Position numbers and translations under genes: made by a program
Notes under the pieces: model-generated
What the model was told of the DNA's origin: nothing
Database searches by the model: none
Seen by the model: only the letters and a program-made list of their open reading frames with translations
In this document: one piece after another, positions 39,901 through 54,429 of the stretch
How positions within the stretch are numbered: the first letter of the stretch is position 1
Layout of the letters: each line of letters starts with the position of its first letter
Assembly: GCA_964016885.1 (NCBI GenBank)
Contig: OZ024745.1
Location: 96,100,001-96,164,000, forward strand
DNA length: 64,000 nucleotides
Source of the DNA: Eledone cirrhosa
Lineage: Eukaryota
Direction: 5' to 3'

Positions 39901-40082
39901 TGGTGGATTGGCAGTATCGGTAGAGTCGGACGCCATCCTTTCCAGCATAGTTACGTCCCTTTATGGTCTGAGTTCAAATCCCGTCGATGTTAACTTTGCC
40001 TTTCATCCTTACGGGGTCGATAAAATAAAGTACCAGTAATGCACTGGGTATTTGCTGGCCTTGTGCCAAAAGTAGAAACAAT
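39901..40082 (+). mobile_element. SINE family A, full length
   Basis: A and B boxes plus the family 3' end. Confidence 0.85.
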
Positions 40083-41814
40083 TATATATATGATAAAAAA
40101 AAGTACATTACTAGAAATTCCATTTGTTATAAAATCAATAGGATGGGCTGGAGGTCTCAATATATAAACAAAATGACTAATTCTGGTTTTTAAAAATTCA
40201 AAGGAAACAACCTAGAAAAATTACTGATTTTCCAACTCCCTGCTTATTCCAACCCCCACTTGTTCCAAACCCTACGTATTCTAACCCCCTCCTATTATTT
40301 GGCATCCAAGAGTATTTTACCAATATTTATCAATTCCCTAATTTATTCTTTTTTAATACCAAAGATCAATAGATCTAATTATTTATTAATGCATATCTTT
40401 AACTTTGAAAGGTCAAGCAATTAATTTGGAGCTGTAATTACTATTCAATATAAACAATCTTCATTATGGAATGTAACAGTTCATTGCCCCCTAACTGAAT
40501 TCAGAAATCATAAAATGTCAAGAGATTGTATAATATTCATAGCTGGATCCTTCATAGTTGAAGAATATATTCACCTGGTGTATAAAATATTTAACATGGA
40601 ATGGGCTGTTGTAAACCTGTGAATACATACAATCCAAGGTCTGGATGTAATAGCAAGATCAACTATGGTGATTGTTGATCCTTGATCTGAAGCAAAATAC
40701 TCCTAATTGATCTGGCAACTAATCTCGACAGTTAGATAAACTACGATCAGAAGAATAAAGTGTTCTGTACAGAAACACAACAAAATTCCAGTAGAATAAC
40801 TAAACTTATGATCAATGAATTTCTGCAATTACCATACAAATGTAGTATCTCAAACATTTTTTCTTTGTGAATGGAATTGAAAGCCTGATACTAGATTGCA
40901 TCACTCTAATAAGTTCATCTATACACTGCCTGAGACTTTATCACCCACAAATAGATGAAAAGGAAAGTCAACCTCAATGGAATTTGAACTCACGATGCAA
41001 ATAGCTGTAATAAATCATCTAAAACATTTCATCTATATTTATTACAGATAATAATTTTTTTCCTTAATATATATTATTCAATAATTATTCTGTTCTAAAA
41101 TAATTACGTCTTTATAACTGTAAATTCCAGAAAAGAAGAATTCAAAAGTAAATAATATAATTTTTCAAGCTATTAATCCTGTTGACACCAACCAGCCCAA
41201 AGCCTAGCTCTGGCTCTACAAAATAAATCTGTCCATTTTAAAGTGTTCCTATTTAAATTAAAATCTTCCGACATAATTTTACATAAGAACCATATGCTAT
41301 GTTATGATTTTGATAATGAAATTACTAATAATCTTAGTAAATACCTCAACATTTTCATAAATCAACTGAATAAGAATGTAATTCATTAGAAATATGGCAA
41401 TGAAAGCATTAACCTTATCTTTAGAAGTGAAACAAGAATAATTAGAGTATCTGACAAAGTGACTTGCCATTTACAATTTTAGTTCAAATCTTACCAAGGA
41501 TATCTCTGCCTTTCATCCATCTGGGATTTAACTGACCAAATTCATAGACTTGAGCCAATGTTAAAGATGAATACTTTCATTTTGACTAAATTTTGAATGT
41601 TTTCATCTCTAATCATTACCAGGTATCTGATTTCTGGACCTAGAAACCTTTATTTATAAACTAAGTGTTATAACACTTATCTTCAAACCACAGGGACATA
41701 CAAATACTACTACTATATTTATCTTTTAACAATTAAGCTGATGTTGCCATGGAGCTCACTGATTTGGGTTATAAGCAAGTGTTGTTTTTCTTAATTTTCA
41801 CTGCAGTTCTCTAT

Positions 41815-42150
41815 TCTTCTTCTTCTTCTCCACCCACTTATTCCTAGGAGGGTTGTGGAGGCAGAGTCCTCAAACACTCCTTCCAGTGTGTTCTGTCAGA
41901 AGCAACTGTTTCTAATTGATCCAACTGGATCCCTAAGCAAGAACAGCTGGGCTCGTGGATGTTACCCAGCCATCTTGATCATGGTCTGCCTCTGGTTTCC
42001 TGCTGGTTGAGTTTGCCTGTAAAATCTGTCCAGTAATTCTTTTCTGGGATATTTTAACCACATGTCCATGATATCAGAGCTGTGATCTCTCAATTTGGAG
42101 AAGTTGTGGCTCTACCAGGAGTGACTCTCTGATCTCCAAGCTAAGCACTC
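41815..42150 (-). mobile_element. RTE-like LINE 3' fragment
   Basis: Homologous to 850-1180. Confidence 0.6.
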
Positions 42151-42628
42151 TATCAAGTAACATTACTTCCAAAGCAGTTCTCTATTATGGAAATTTCATT
42201 CCATGATGTTGTCCTCATACCACTGTAATTGATAAGAGAATTACAATGAAAACTTGTTCTTTATCAAGCTATTTCTCCTTTCATTAGGGCCTTCAAATGT
42301 TCCTCTATTCCAGTTTTTAATGACCTCTTAATTTCTCCTTTATAAGAATTTTATACACTTCTTATATTCCAGCAATTTTTAGGTAGGTTTAACCTTGGTG
42401 AGGAATCTAGAAATCATAGTGCTACTATAGAAGACAGTTTTGTTGTTATACATGTTGCAGATTTTCTGAAATTTATCAAACAAACCCTTGCAATAAAGTT
42501 TATTTTATCTTCTATTTTGGGAGTGAGTGGCTGTGAGTCATATGATGGGTTGAGTATTTCTTATTCATAAATGTTCAGTGGACTTATTTCTTCTGTATAA
42601 TCTGGTGGAGATTATTTTTACCAGTAGG

Positions 42629-42874
42629 CAGACACTCATTTAACACAGTTTGAACATTGAGGATTCCTAGTTTAACCATTTCATTATACTATTTCTAATG
42701 AAACACACTACCTATGTGTTTCAATTAACTTTGAAAATAACTAAAAATTTACCAGACACTCATTTAACACAGTTTGAACATTGAGGATTCCTAGTTTAAC
42801 CATTTCATTATACTATTTCTAATGAAACACACTACCTATGTGTTTCAATTAACTTTGAAAATAACTAAAAATTT
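42629..42874. repeat. Exact tandem duplication, 124-bp period
   Basis: 42629-42750 equals 42753-42874. Confidence 0.9.
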
Positions 42875-43703
42875 GGAATTCAATAAAATATCTAAGTTTT
42901 TCATTAGTAAGCTGGTATAGAGAACAACAATTTCTAAGATAAAATTGTGGAGGTTTTAATATAAGGATAAACATTTTAAAAGAAGTAACAGTTGGAATGA
43001 TATCAAAAGGGTTAAGTAAAGTCCAGTGACAGTTGGTCTTTAATAAACTAATGATCTGATATGTACTTGTCTTTTGCCTCATTATATGATGAAATATTTG
43101 GAACTTCCCATCTTAGTTCTTCATCTTCCAGGTTATTTGGTTGACACTTTAGTTAGGAATTTGATGTCTAAGTATGGAATTTATTTTATGTCTGTAGCAA
43201 ATAATAACGCTTTGTTCATTACCAATTCTTCGGTTTCATTAACTGTTTTGTTTTTTTTAACTAAAGATCTGTGAAAATGTTATTAGCTGGTGTTTTCTCT
43301 CCTGAGGATTCATTTTCTATTTGAGAACCTGTATTTTCTTGATGTAGACTGCCTTAGTCTTCTAAAATGCTGCATTGTGTGGCCGTTATTTGGCTTGGGA
43401 AGCATGATCAAGGTTACTTCAAGATTGATAATGGTAATTTACACTTTGACTAGAAGTGTTGGTTTATATACTCTCATAGAAGCCTGGCTTATTGTTTTTA
43501 ATTTTGATATTTTGACCTTTCATTGGCTGCTATTCTGCCATATGATTTAAAGTAAAAGTTATGACTATCCTGTCATCTTAAATATCAGGCATTACTTTGT
43601 CCTTTGTCTTCATTTGAGATTATGTTTATTGATCAGTAACTAATCAACACCATTACTTTCAATATATGATTGATTAGGTTTTTATGTATTCATAAATAGC
43701 AAG

Positions 43704-44190
43704 TTAGTCCAAGTATGACAAGGGAATATCAGATATATGTACAACGTGATTTATGGCTTTACAGAGCTCATGTTTGGTTTCAGCTGCCTGATTATGTGTC
43801 TTTTGCAAAGGTTTGGTGCTTTTGTTGAAGAGAGTCGCCCATAAAGACCTGATCTGAATAAGATTTTTCTGGAATTCTCTCTCAGTACTCATGACCTTCA
43901 GTGTTACTTCCAGGCTATCTTTGTAGCAATTTTTCTGTCTGCCAACTGTTCCCTTCTCTGTAGTAAGTTCTCCATTCAGGAGTTGCTTGGATATAAGTAT
44001 ATTGCTCATGCAGACAACATGACATGTCCAGTGAATTTAGTTATTTTCCAACAGGACTTCTATTGAAGGATATTTCACCATTTATAGCACTACTGTATCT
44101 GGAGCCTAGTCTTGCCATGTGAAAATTATTTGACTGTTTGACTGTTTTGACTGCTATAAACAGTTCATATCTTGCAGGCATAGAGGAGTA
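43704..44190 (-). mobile_element. RTE/BovB-like LINE fragment
   Basis: KQLLNGEL..G..GRQK..YKDSL motif. Confidence 0.65.
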
Positions 44191-45858
44191 CTGAAAGTAT
44201 TATAGTAGGGTGTGATTTGAGATTTGGCAGCTATTTCTAACAGGTCAAGTAACTGCATAAAGCCTCTCTTGTTAGCTTGTCTGCTTTTCATTGGTAAAAC
44301 AAGTTGCAAGCTGTTTGATTTAATTTATCTGTTGTGACACTGACAGGACAATAACTCATTTGATGTTTTTGTCATCTTTTTGTACTCTTTCTTACACTGC
44401 TAGTTTATTAAGTGTCTAAATACAGAAGGCTAGTAGATGTTCATTGAAAAATTACAATATCAGATGAAATATAAAAAAAAATGTTTACATCAACATTGTA
44501 TTTTAATTCATTTGATGTCCACTAAGGTGTTATATTCCTGAATATAAATATAAAAAAAAAAAAATGATAAAATGCATTTAGTTCATTCTGTAAAGTGTTT
44601 GGCAAATGAATGGAAACAATATAGAGTTAAGAAAAAACTAGTCTTATCAAGGGCTTGTCACCCTCTTTAGTGCTGTTAGTGCCATAATAAAATGCATCCA
44701 GTACACCATTATGTGGCTGATATTAGAAAATGCATCCAGCTGTAGAAATAATGCTAAAAATAGAATATATGAGCAAGACAGTCCCTTGAACCCTCAAGGA
44801 GGACAGCAACTCTTAATATGAACTAGCTTGGGCCATGATGACTCATTCAACCAAAGCCAGCATGAGAAACAGATGTAAAACATTGATGACTCATCCCTAA
44901 AGATGAGCTTAAAAATGTAATCTTATTAACAACTAATCTCAGACATTTAAAGACTTAAGAAATAAATATTAATCAAAACTTTCATAAATTGTTCAGTATA
45001 AATAGCTGAAGTTTGGAACCAACCAACCATGCATTAATGATATAGTTTATATCCAAAATCATATGAGAACAAATTATCAATCAGCTGTATATATTATGCA
45101 TGTGCAACACATAATAGAAAACAAAAATTGTAAGAAAATAAAATATTAGTTTATTAAAAAGAATTCAGATAATTATAAACAAATTAAATCAAACTGAATT
45201 ATAGCTTTGGTGTCATTACAAATAAAATGATTTGAGTATTTGTGTATTTGAACCACTTTTACTCATAGACAAATGTAGTGTAATGTAAATTAGAGCAAGT
45301 TCTTTTTAATGCTCCTTCAGATTTATTTTCTGTCTTATAAAATATGCATAACTTGCTAAATTAGGAAAATATTTTTTAAATCGATTTTGTTGAGAAAGAC
45401 AACTGAAATCATATATGATTAGGACGTTAGCATCTCTAATATCTGGCTGATATTTAAATTAGTTTACACCATATGTCTAACAATAATATCCAATAATTCC
45501 CAGTAAGCCTTCTTATAGGCCTCGTCAAATATTCAGAGTATATTTTCAGCTAGAACATGAAAAAGTCTATGAGGTTACATAGACGTTTTAAGCATATAAA
45601 TAATAGAGATAATGGAGTAATTTAAGTTACCAGATTATGAAAAAGCAATGATATTAATTTTATGAACTGAAGGTAAATTGTTCAGATGTGAAAATAAGAT
45701 ATTTTTTTGTTTAAAAAAAAATTATAATAATAAAATAAACAAAATTTTTTAGCTTAGATAAAATGAAAATAAAGTAAACCCAACCACAAATAGATAGGAA
45801 TGAAATTCAATTTGTAAACAAAACTAAAAATCTCAGCCAAATTTGTTCTATTATATGA

Positions 45859-46050
45859 GGGCGGTGGATTGGCAGTATCGGTAGAGGGTCTGACGCTATG
45901 CTTTGCAGCAAAGAGTTACGCCCCTTTATGGTTTGAGTTCAAATCCCGCCGAGGTTAACTTTGCCTTTCATCCTTACGGGGTCGATAAAATAAAGTACCA
46001 GTAATGCACTGGATAATTGCTGGCCTTGTGCCAAAAGTAGAAACAATTAT
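45859..46050 (+). mobile_element. SINE family A, full length
   Basis: A and B boxes plus the family 3' end; flanked by attatatgagg direct repeats. Confidence 0.85.
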
Positions 46051-47661
46051 ATGAGGATACCTGCTTGATACATTTTGGAACAATTATTTTGAAAATGTTT
46101 TTTGTCATGGATTCTCATAACATGTATGTAGATGTTTATTCAATCCACTTCATTCTGTTTTTGTTTCTGTGCTGTTGCTGGTGGAGTTGTTGATAAAATA
46201 AATAGCAGGCCAGTTGAGTACTAGAGTCAATATCTTCAAATGTTTCCTTCTCCAAAACCTGTAGCCTTGTGCCATATTATAAAATCATTATTATTAGGAT
46301 AGTAAATTGTCGGAACCTGTAAAATGCTGAACATTTAGTTTATTTCACCCCCGTTCTTTCTTCTTTTGAAATTAAAAAAAAGCTAATAAATAATAATAAT
46401 GTTTTGTAATTTAGGTACAAGGCCAACAATTCTGAGTGGAGGGGAAGTCAATAAAATAGACCCCAATACTTTACTGGTACTTTATTTTAATGGACCTTGG
46501 AAGGATGAAAGGCAAAGTTTGCCTTAGCAGAAATTGAATTTGAAATGTAAAGAATTCTAACTAAATACAACAAGGCATTTGGTCTGATGCTCTAATGAGT
46601 TTGCCAATCCATCATTGACACAAAGTCATCAATTTGTAGAGATGGGGTTTCAATGATTGAATTAATCTCAGTGCAGTTTTGTCTCTTGAAGCTTCAAAGG
46701 AAATTGTCAATACAAATATGAAATAATAAAGTTTTCATTTTATTCTGAAGTTCTTCAAATAATGTGTCACGAAAGAAAAGGAAAGGAATGAAAAAAAAAA
46801 ATCCAATTTTTTTTTTATACATAAAAATGCATAATAAGCGAAAAAAGTAAGTCAAAACTATATTTTCAGGGAAACAAATATAAAATCTGTGCACTGTAAT
46901 ATGATGGCATAATGGTGCTGACTCTCATTAGAACTCCAGAAAGATTTCAATTCAGAAGACAGAGGTATGATGCTAAATACAGTTTGGCATTTAGACTAAC
47001 ACACAAACAAGACAAACCATTGCAATTATCCTACCACAAGCTGCTGCTGATAACAATAGTAATAATATCTAACATAGACACAAAGGAGGAGGAGGAGAGG
47101 GAACAGTCAAACCAATCTATTTGAGTAGTAATTTATTTTATCGACCACATAAGGATGAAAGGTGAAGTTGGTCTTAGAATTTGTTGAAGTAATTGTGAAT
47201 ACCTACTTAAGTATGTCTTTATATATACATGTATGCGAGTGTGTGTATGTATATTCTGAGCCAAAGATTGTAAATAGTAAACAATTTAGATGTTCTTCAA
47301 TATTTTGATAACATTTCAGTGTAAAGCCTGGTGTTTATTTTCAGTTCCTCCACAATTCCACGTTGTCTCGTTTGTTTTAATTTTGTTTTGTTTTCTCAAT
47401 TTGCATAAGGCTACCTTGATATAAAATTATATCAAGCAAAATATACTACACATGATTATCAATTGAACCATTTTGAAAAGGTAAGAAGCAAGTTTATGGC
47501 AGACTCCATAGGAATCAAAGTCATAAATATCCCATTCATGCTGTAATGAATGTAACTAGACTGTCCATTTCAAAATATATGCAAATAACTGTCACCAGGA
47601 TGAAATTTCTGTTTTCTGTTTTGTTCAAAGTAGTAATAAATTTGCTGTAAAGTATTTTTTA

Positions 47662-47712
47662 TCATCTATTAGCAAATCTGGCAAGATCTTTTCGTGTTAC
47701 AATCCCACAAAC
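47662..47712 (-). CDS. CLCN7: ClC-7 terminal coding exon
   Basis: atatttcag acceptor; encodes VCGIVTRKDLARFANR*, matching the ClC-7 VxGxVTRKDLAR motif; in frame with the two upstream exons. Confidence 0.92.
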   Translation of the reverse strand, partial: VCGIVTRKDLARFANR

Positions 47713-47934
47713 CTGAAATATATTAAAAAGGAAAATAAAATTATTTGTAGAAACAGTTATGTTTCTTTAGTTTTTAAATTTCTTTGTCTACAACATCATG
47801 GTTAAAATATGTCTGATCTCCATGGATAGGATGTAAATCTTTTATAATCAGAATACAACAAACTACATCAGATTCACAGTTAGTTCCTCATCTCTATACC
47901 ATTTAGTGGAGTTTTTTTTTAAATTATATTTTAA

Positions 47935-48240
47935 AAAATGGGTAAAGACCCCCTTCGGTCATGAATGACCATGGGATTTGCACCTAGACAGTTTCCCTCT
48001 GAGGCACAATCCGGGCAAGGTTGTTTGTGGAAGACCAGCAATGACCATGAATACCAGCCTCCCCTCTCCCCGCCATTGATGATGTCCAAAAGAAAGGCTA
48101 TGGCCGAGACGTTGCAGCTCATTTTTACAACTGAGTAAACTGGAGTAACATGAAATAAAGGACACAACCCAGTCCAAGAATTGAAATCACAACCTTACAA
48201 TTGCAAGCCAAGTTCTCTAACCACTAAGCCATGCACCTTC
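47935..48240 (-). mobile_element. tRNA-derived SINE family D in the last CLCN7 intron
   Basis: Family B head and core with a distinct tail; flanked by about 52-bp direct repeats. Confidence 0.75.
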
Positions 48241-50061
48241 AGTTAGTTTCTCATCTCTACACTATTTAGTGGAATTTTTTTTTTTAATTATATAATGCTG
48301 TTATAAATAATAGGTTTATCAGATAAACAAAACTTTGTCAATTGCACCCTGAAACCACACTAAATAGTGCAGCTTTACACATGATCTGATCTGATTTTGA
48401 AGGCACCAGAAAGAGTCTTAACAGATTATTTAGTTAAAGGATTGAGTAATCAGTATAGTTGGAAAAATGTATATCTACTCTACTAGCTTACTTAGTCACT
48501 CATTCCAGAGTAATCAATAAAGTAAATCAGGATTCTAGTACAGTTTTGTAATACTAAGATTTGCTTCTGAGAAATATAACTTTTCGTATTCTTATTTCTA
48601 AAGAATTACAGACAAATGAGATTTTGCTTTTGTATTACTAATGCAAATAATTTTAATTTAGTTTGTAAGGTCAAGAAAAACCAGTGTCAGACTGAATTTT
48701 GATGCTTTATTTTGTCTTGGGATCATGAAGACCAATTTGATATTAGACAATGTCCAAGTGGACAGATTATTAATGAAATGTCCACATGAATAGATGACAC
48801 CGGTCAACAATGAATTTTTATATGGGATTATATGATTTTGGGTGGACAAATAACTATTTTTATGCTTATTTCAAATCTGTCTTTGGTTTTTCAGGAACAT
48901 CTATAGTTTTAAATATAATATCAATTATTTTTATTATAGTAATATTTCAAGTATTTTGTGTTTTTCTAAATATTTGTTCAGACCATTTCCATTTAATCAG
49001 CATGCATTGTCAAAATAAAAATAGTCCAGGATTTTTTGCTGGGTTTGTGGAACTTATATAATTAAGGTAATGATGAACTATTGCACAGATTTTATGAAAA
49101 TATACCAGATACACTTTGGCTGCCATATAGGTGACCAAGTCAAGCAGTGAGTACTACATTGTATCTGTGTTTCTTTAAGTGTGCTACATAATTGGTTCAA
49201 CAAAAAGATGATAAATGTCTTTTGTCATAACCATAATATGGACAGAACAAAGAGATTGTCATATAGATGGCTATTTTTGTAATGTTAATATAATTGGGTT
49301 TTCTGTAAAAAAAAAAAAAAAAAAAAAAATCAAACAAAACAAACACAAGACTGTCTATCAAAATCTATTTGGCACATAGATCAATGCACATTTCATTTTC
49401 CCCAAAGGATGGACTAGCTTTCATAGGTGGTGAAAAGAAATGATGTTCTACAAATCTTGAATATATATCCAAAGAATATTTGAAGCCAAGGTTATTTACT
49501 CAAGAGCATTTCAATAACCTTATGAGAGACTTGTGAGTTGTTGCTCCAATCAGTGCACAACTCTAGTAGATACTGAATACCTATCACTGTTAGCCTGGTT
49601 CCCCCAAACAATGTTTTTATGCCAAGAGGAAGCTGGTAATTGGTGGCAGAATTTGAACATAAAAATATTTGCTGACAGTTTACTCAGCTGTAGAAATGAG
49701 ATGATAGGGACGCTAGTCCCTATCATTCCACTGCAAAGTGGTCATGCAGGTGTCACGGCAAAAAAGCACCCAGCACTCACTGTAAATGAGGTTGGTGTTA
49801 GGAAGGGCATCCAGCTGTAGAAATCAAGCCAGAATCAGTTCCCGTCCCACCCTTGCTAGCAGGGAAAAGTGGACGTAAAATGAAATGATGAAATGATGAT
49901 GACACTAACAATTCAGCCAATTAAGTGTCAAAGACTGGTTCTTTATTTATTGCTGCCAAAAAGATGAAAGGCAAAGCTGACCTCATTGAAATTTGAATGC
50001 CGAGCTTAAGAGCCATGCAAGGCATGATATCCAACAATTCATCATCTTTATGGGACATTAA

Positions 50062-50263
50062 CCTTTTAGCATTTAAACCGGCTGTATCTGGCCAAAATTC
50101 TCTCACCTCTTTCTGTTCAAACGAGCCATAACTGATCACTCATACTGATGTTAAGATATTGTTCTCAAAATAAATAATATCAAAATTTCAGATTCGATAT
50201 TATGCGAGATAAAACCTTTACCAAAAAAATACAAAAATACAATGGAATGTAAATGCTAAAGGG
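50062..50263. mobile_element. piggyBac-type MITE
   Basis: TTAA on both sides; TIR CCYTTTAGCATTTA; other copies at 60011-60231 and, split, at 62945-63961. Confidence 0.75.
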
Positions 50264-50289
50264 TTAAATTTAATAATAAACAAGCTTAC

Positions 50290-50370
50290 CTGGTGATCAG
50301 CATTTATAACTGTAACATGCCGCAAACCCAAAGCACGAAACAACCGGAAGATGCGTGAATATGTTGCACA
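50290..50370 (-). CDS. CLCN7: ClC-7 penultimate coding exon (CBS2)
   Basis: tttcccttctag acceptor and CAG|gtaagc donor; 81 bp, phase 0; encodes CATYSRIFRLFRALGLRHVTVINADHQ. LFRALGLRH is the ClC-7 form, whereas ClC-6 has FRTMGLRH. Confidence 0.93.
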
Positions 50371-50562
50371 CTAGAAGGGAAACATCAAATAAATATCTAT
50401 TAGCCAATTGAGAAAACAAAATATAAAAATAGAAAAGGATGTTGTAAAAACTCTAGGTGTTGTTTTTTAGTTCAACACCAACCGAGATTGAGCAAACCTA
50501 TGACTAAAGTGTACAGTAACTATGGCCAAGTCATCCTTCTCTTAAACTTTGTATGTTTAGGA

Positions 50563-50881
50563 CAGTGATTCCCAACCTTTTGTGCACCAGGCCCCACCTC
50601 AACATCTCAAAAATTGTTATGTCCCACCTTTAATATGAAAACAGCAATGATCAACTGCAAAGTGTAAAGAAGTTGGCATATAGGTAGTGCCAGATGTATA
50701 ATAACATGTTTGGAGGACGTGAGATAATAGTTTCTGACAGTAAGGTGTACCAAAGATGCCTTGGTATAAAAGTAATAAGGTAAACCTGAAGTTTGTTCTC
50801 ATTAACATCATTTTTAAATTGCTCCTTTAAATATTCAAATTGGCCCCCTGTGGAGCGTGTGCCCCACGTTGAGAATCACTG
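50563..50881. mobile_element. hAT (Charlie-like) MITE
   Basis: TIRs CAGTGATTCCCAAC / GTTGAGAATCACTG; 8-bp TSD gtttagga / gtctagga. Confidence 0.8.
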
Positions 50882-51941
50882 GTCTAGGACTACATTATCC
50901 AATATGTTCCTTCATATTCAAGACAGTTCGGTGTAAATTGAGAAAGATTCTATTTATAACAGGTTGAGTGACTATACAGAGTCACTTATTGCCTAGGTGT
51001 ATCAAGGGGAGGGGATCACAAATGTATTGTAAAAACAAACAGCAACAAATAACTAACGCTTTGCGTCATATTTGTATTTTTCTGGAGCCTCCATGGCAGT
51101 TGCTGAGGATAAAAATATAACTCAACATTGAAGAGCTACAAACAATATATCTACCTACCACATGTGATGTATACTAGTCTAGAGGATGCAGGCATAACTG
51201 AATGACTAAAAGGTTCGCTTCATAATCACAAGGCCTCAGATTCTATCCCAGTGCACGGCTTCTTGGACAAGTTTATCATAGCATCAATAAAAGCATTGTG
51301 AATGAAATTGGTTAGACAGAAACTGTGTGGAAGCCTATGGAATGGATTATATCTGGAATTCAATGGTCCAGCCTTGTCACACTGTTTTATGCTGATTCTA
51401 CTATAGCCTCAAGATGACAGATGTCAGAAGACATTTGCCTAAGGAGTCATATGTATGTATCCATATGTGTGGTGGTTGGTTCTAAGAAAGGCATTCAGCC
51501 ATAGAAAACCATGCAAAAAATGAAGCATATGAGCAAGATGCCTGGCCTTATGTGACAGCCTATGTAACCCATGCAAGCATGGAAAATAAATGTATGATGA
51601 TGATGATAATGATACTGATGAATGTGGTCCTGAAGTTATGCTGCCTAAAAAATATGGCTTAAATATCTTTGGTCATTGGTCCCAATCAGACATGATTGAG
51701 TAGACCAAGCAAAATAACCACATTGTCTGGGAAATGTTGAAGCCTTGGTATCATATGTAAAATAAATGATCAGTCACAGTTGATGACAAGAAGCTGAGGA
51801 GAAAAGGCTAGAGTGAATGTTAATGGCAAAGGTGACATTACAAAAGTGATAGTAATAATGGTGGTAGTAGCAGTGATGTCATGTAGTAGTAGTAGTAGTA
51901 GTAGTAGTGGTGATGATGGTGGTGGTGGTAACTACTGTAGT

Positions 51942-52179
51942 TTAACCCTTTCGATATCAACCCGCCTGAAACAATCCCTAGTTTTATGATACAAGCTAAC
52001 TCATTTTAAAATATCTATACTTATATTAAAAACTTCCATCTTTATTTTATCTAAGAAATGTTTGTAAAATGTTCCCAACACTAACTTACAAATAAAAAAG
52101 TTATTTTATTAAATTCCTCCAAATTTTCAATAGTTTTCAAAATTAATTCACTCATAAGCAGTGGCAACGAAAGTGTTAA
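51942..52179. mobile_element. Second TTAA-flanked MITE family
   Basis: TTAA-CCCTTTCG...CGAAAGTG-TTAA; diverged copy at about 41173-41412. Confidence 0.55.
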
Positions 52180-54265
52180 CTCTATATCTGTCCTGAATGA
52201 TGTGACATTATTAACAGCAGTTCACCCACGATCATCTCTCTCTCTCTCTCTTGTTTTAGACGTATTATGCTAGGAAAACATGTATTCTTAATGTTTAAGA
52301 TAGCAGTGTGTGATGTGAAGGATATCTGACTGCTATTTCTAACAGTCAAATACCAGGCGTCTGTGTAGAGGCCTTTCTCTTTTATTTACAGTGGTGGTGA
52401 TGATGGTTGTAGTAGTAATAATATAGATAGTGTTGGTAGTGGTCATCATAGTCATGGTGAAGGTCACAGTTCAGGATAGCTGTGGGGATGGTGACAAAAA
52501 TGTTGATGATAGTAATAATAGTTGTAATAGTGATGTAAGTGGGAATGTTAGATGTGGCGGTAGTGGTAGTAGCTTTAATAATGTTGTTAGCAACAATGAC
52601 AGTAGTGATACTAATGGTAAGGTTAATTGTGTAAGTAGTAATAATTTCATAATTTGTGGTGGTGATGGGAAAACTGCAGCAACAAGGGCCCATAGTGGTG
52701 GTTATCAAAACCCCAAAATAGTGGTGATAATAGAGATTAGTGGTGATAATAGAGATAATGGTTAGTGAATGTGAAGATGGTGAGAGTAATGGTTGTTATG
52801 GTATGTAGTTGTGAAAATATCGACAGTAGTAGTAGTAGTAGTAGTGACAAAAAATGAAATGACAATGGGGTAAATACCCCTCACAATTACACTTCATTTA
52901 TGCCACTTTATCAAATATGTTTGAGTCTCACTCATCAAAGAAAATTTAAGAATATAAAAAATAAAAATAAAAATAAAACAAAAGGGGATATAATAATGAA
53001 AACTGCTTTCCAATACAAAAGAGTTACATAATGAAGAGACGTAGTCTGTTGTAAAAAAAAAAATCTTCACAATTCACTTAGCATACAACAGCAATCCAGT
53101 GCAGACATTCCATCGTAGGAGATGACAAGCATCTTACAACCTATTTTCAACTAACATTGATAATACAATTCAACATCAGTGCAAAGGTGCAGCTGTGTAT
53201 TGTGAGTCATCAAATCTGTTGGTGTTGCATCAAAGTTATTGATCTTTTACGCCTACACTGTGAAGATGTACTGTGGGAACATCTTTCAGACAGGCAGTGT
53301 ATATGAAAATACACACACACACACACACACTTATATTAAGCATATGCAAAGTGCAGGTGAATGTAAGTGTATTAATGTGTGTATGTGTATGTATAAGTTT
53401 AGACAATTTTTGTATGTAGGTATCAATGTGAGAGCATATATATATAAACAGACATCTAAGATAAGGCTATTTTCATACCTATATTTTGAATTAATTTCTC
53501 GGACATTATTTTCCCCCAGTTCTCTGTATTCTTCGATATTTTTAATCTGCTTATTTCAATGTTTTCAGGTGTCTTCTCGTCAACTAAACAGTGCCAAACT
53601 ACAAGGTTCTATTGTCTCCGCATAACACCCACCATGCCCCTATCCATCACCTTCTGGTTAGCTGTTTTGCAGACATTGCCTTGCACTGTCTCTTATTTCC
53701 ACAACCTTTTCACCCATTGCTTTCCACACTCACCCTCTTTCTAAAATAGGTCTCGCTATGCACACAGTTCAGCATGGCCAACTATCAACCCTCCTCATAT
53801 GGAGACTACACAGTCCCACACAGTAAAAATGTGGTTGCTGTAAGAAGGGGCATCCAGCAGCTGTAAAACCCAGCTAAAATGCAGTCCAGTATAAATAAGA
53901 TACGTTGTGGCCAACTGAACAGACTGTAAAAAAACCCAGCCAAAATGAAGTCCTGCTATGCACAAATATCAGTGTGACCAACTGGCCAGACCTTCCTTAT
54001 AACATGTTCACCCAGCTCCCAAGATATGGTTTTGCTATGAGCGTGGTACAATGTGGCAACTGGCCAGACCTTCCTCATACTGTAAATTGGTTGGTGTTAG
54101 GAAGGGCATTCAGCTGTAAAAGAACCCGACCAAAATACAATATCATTTGAGAAACTAGCCAGACTTGCCTCATAACATGGAAGCTCCACCTGACCCATGG
54201 AAGCATGTATAATAAAATGTTAAATGGAGATGATGAATAAATAAATATTTATATACATATATATA

Positions 54266-54296
<31 letters not shown>

Positions 54297-54395
54297 CAGA
54301 AAGGGTGTGGTAAACTACCAGGTGGACCATAACCCACCAGAGTACTTAATACTTGGGGTAGTATATTCGGAGTCCTGAATCTTTTCATATGTGTG

Positions 54396-54429
<34 letters not shown>

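Noticed and set aside
39901-39985. tRNA genes at A/B-box sites
   Set aside because: These are SINE heads that continue into core and tail sequence; no complete cloverleaf is evident.
51098-51145. Hammerhead-like CTGAGGA...GAAGAGCTA
   Set aside because: There is no stem II pairing, GAAA is incomplete and stem I is weak.
52382-52850. Thr/Ile-rich and Asn/Ser/Gly-rich ORFs
   Set aside because: Decayed trinucleotide low-complexity sequence inside an intron.
54297-54390. Structured island between (TA)n tracts, considered as a ribozyme
   Set aside because: Only short stems are present and no complete catalytic core was recognisable.
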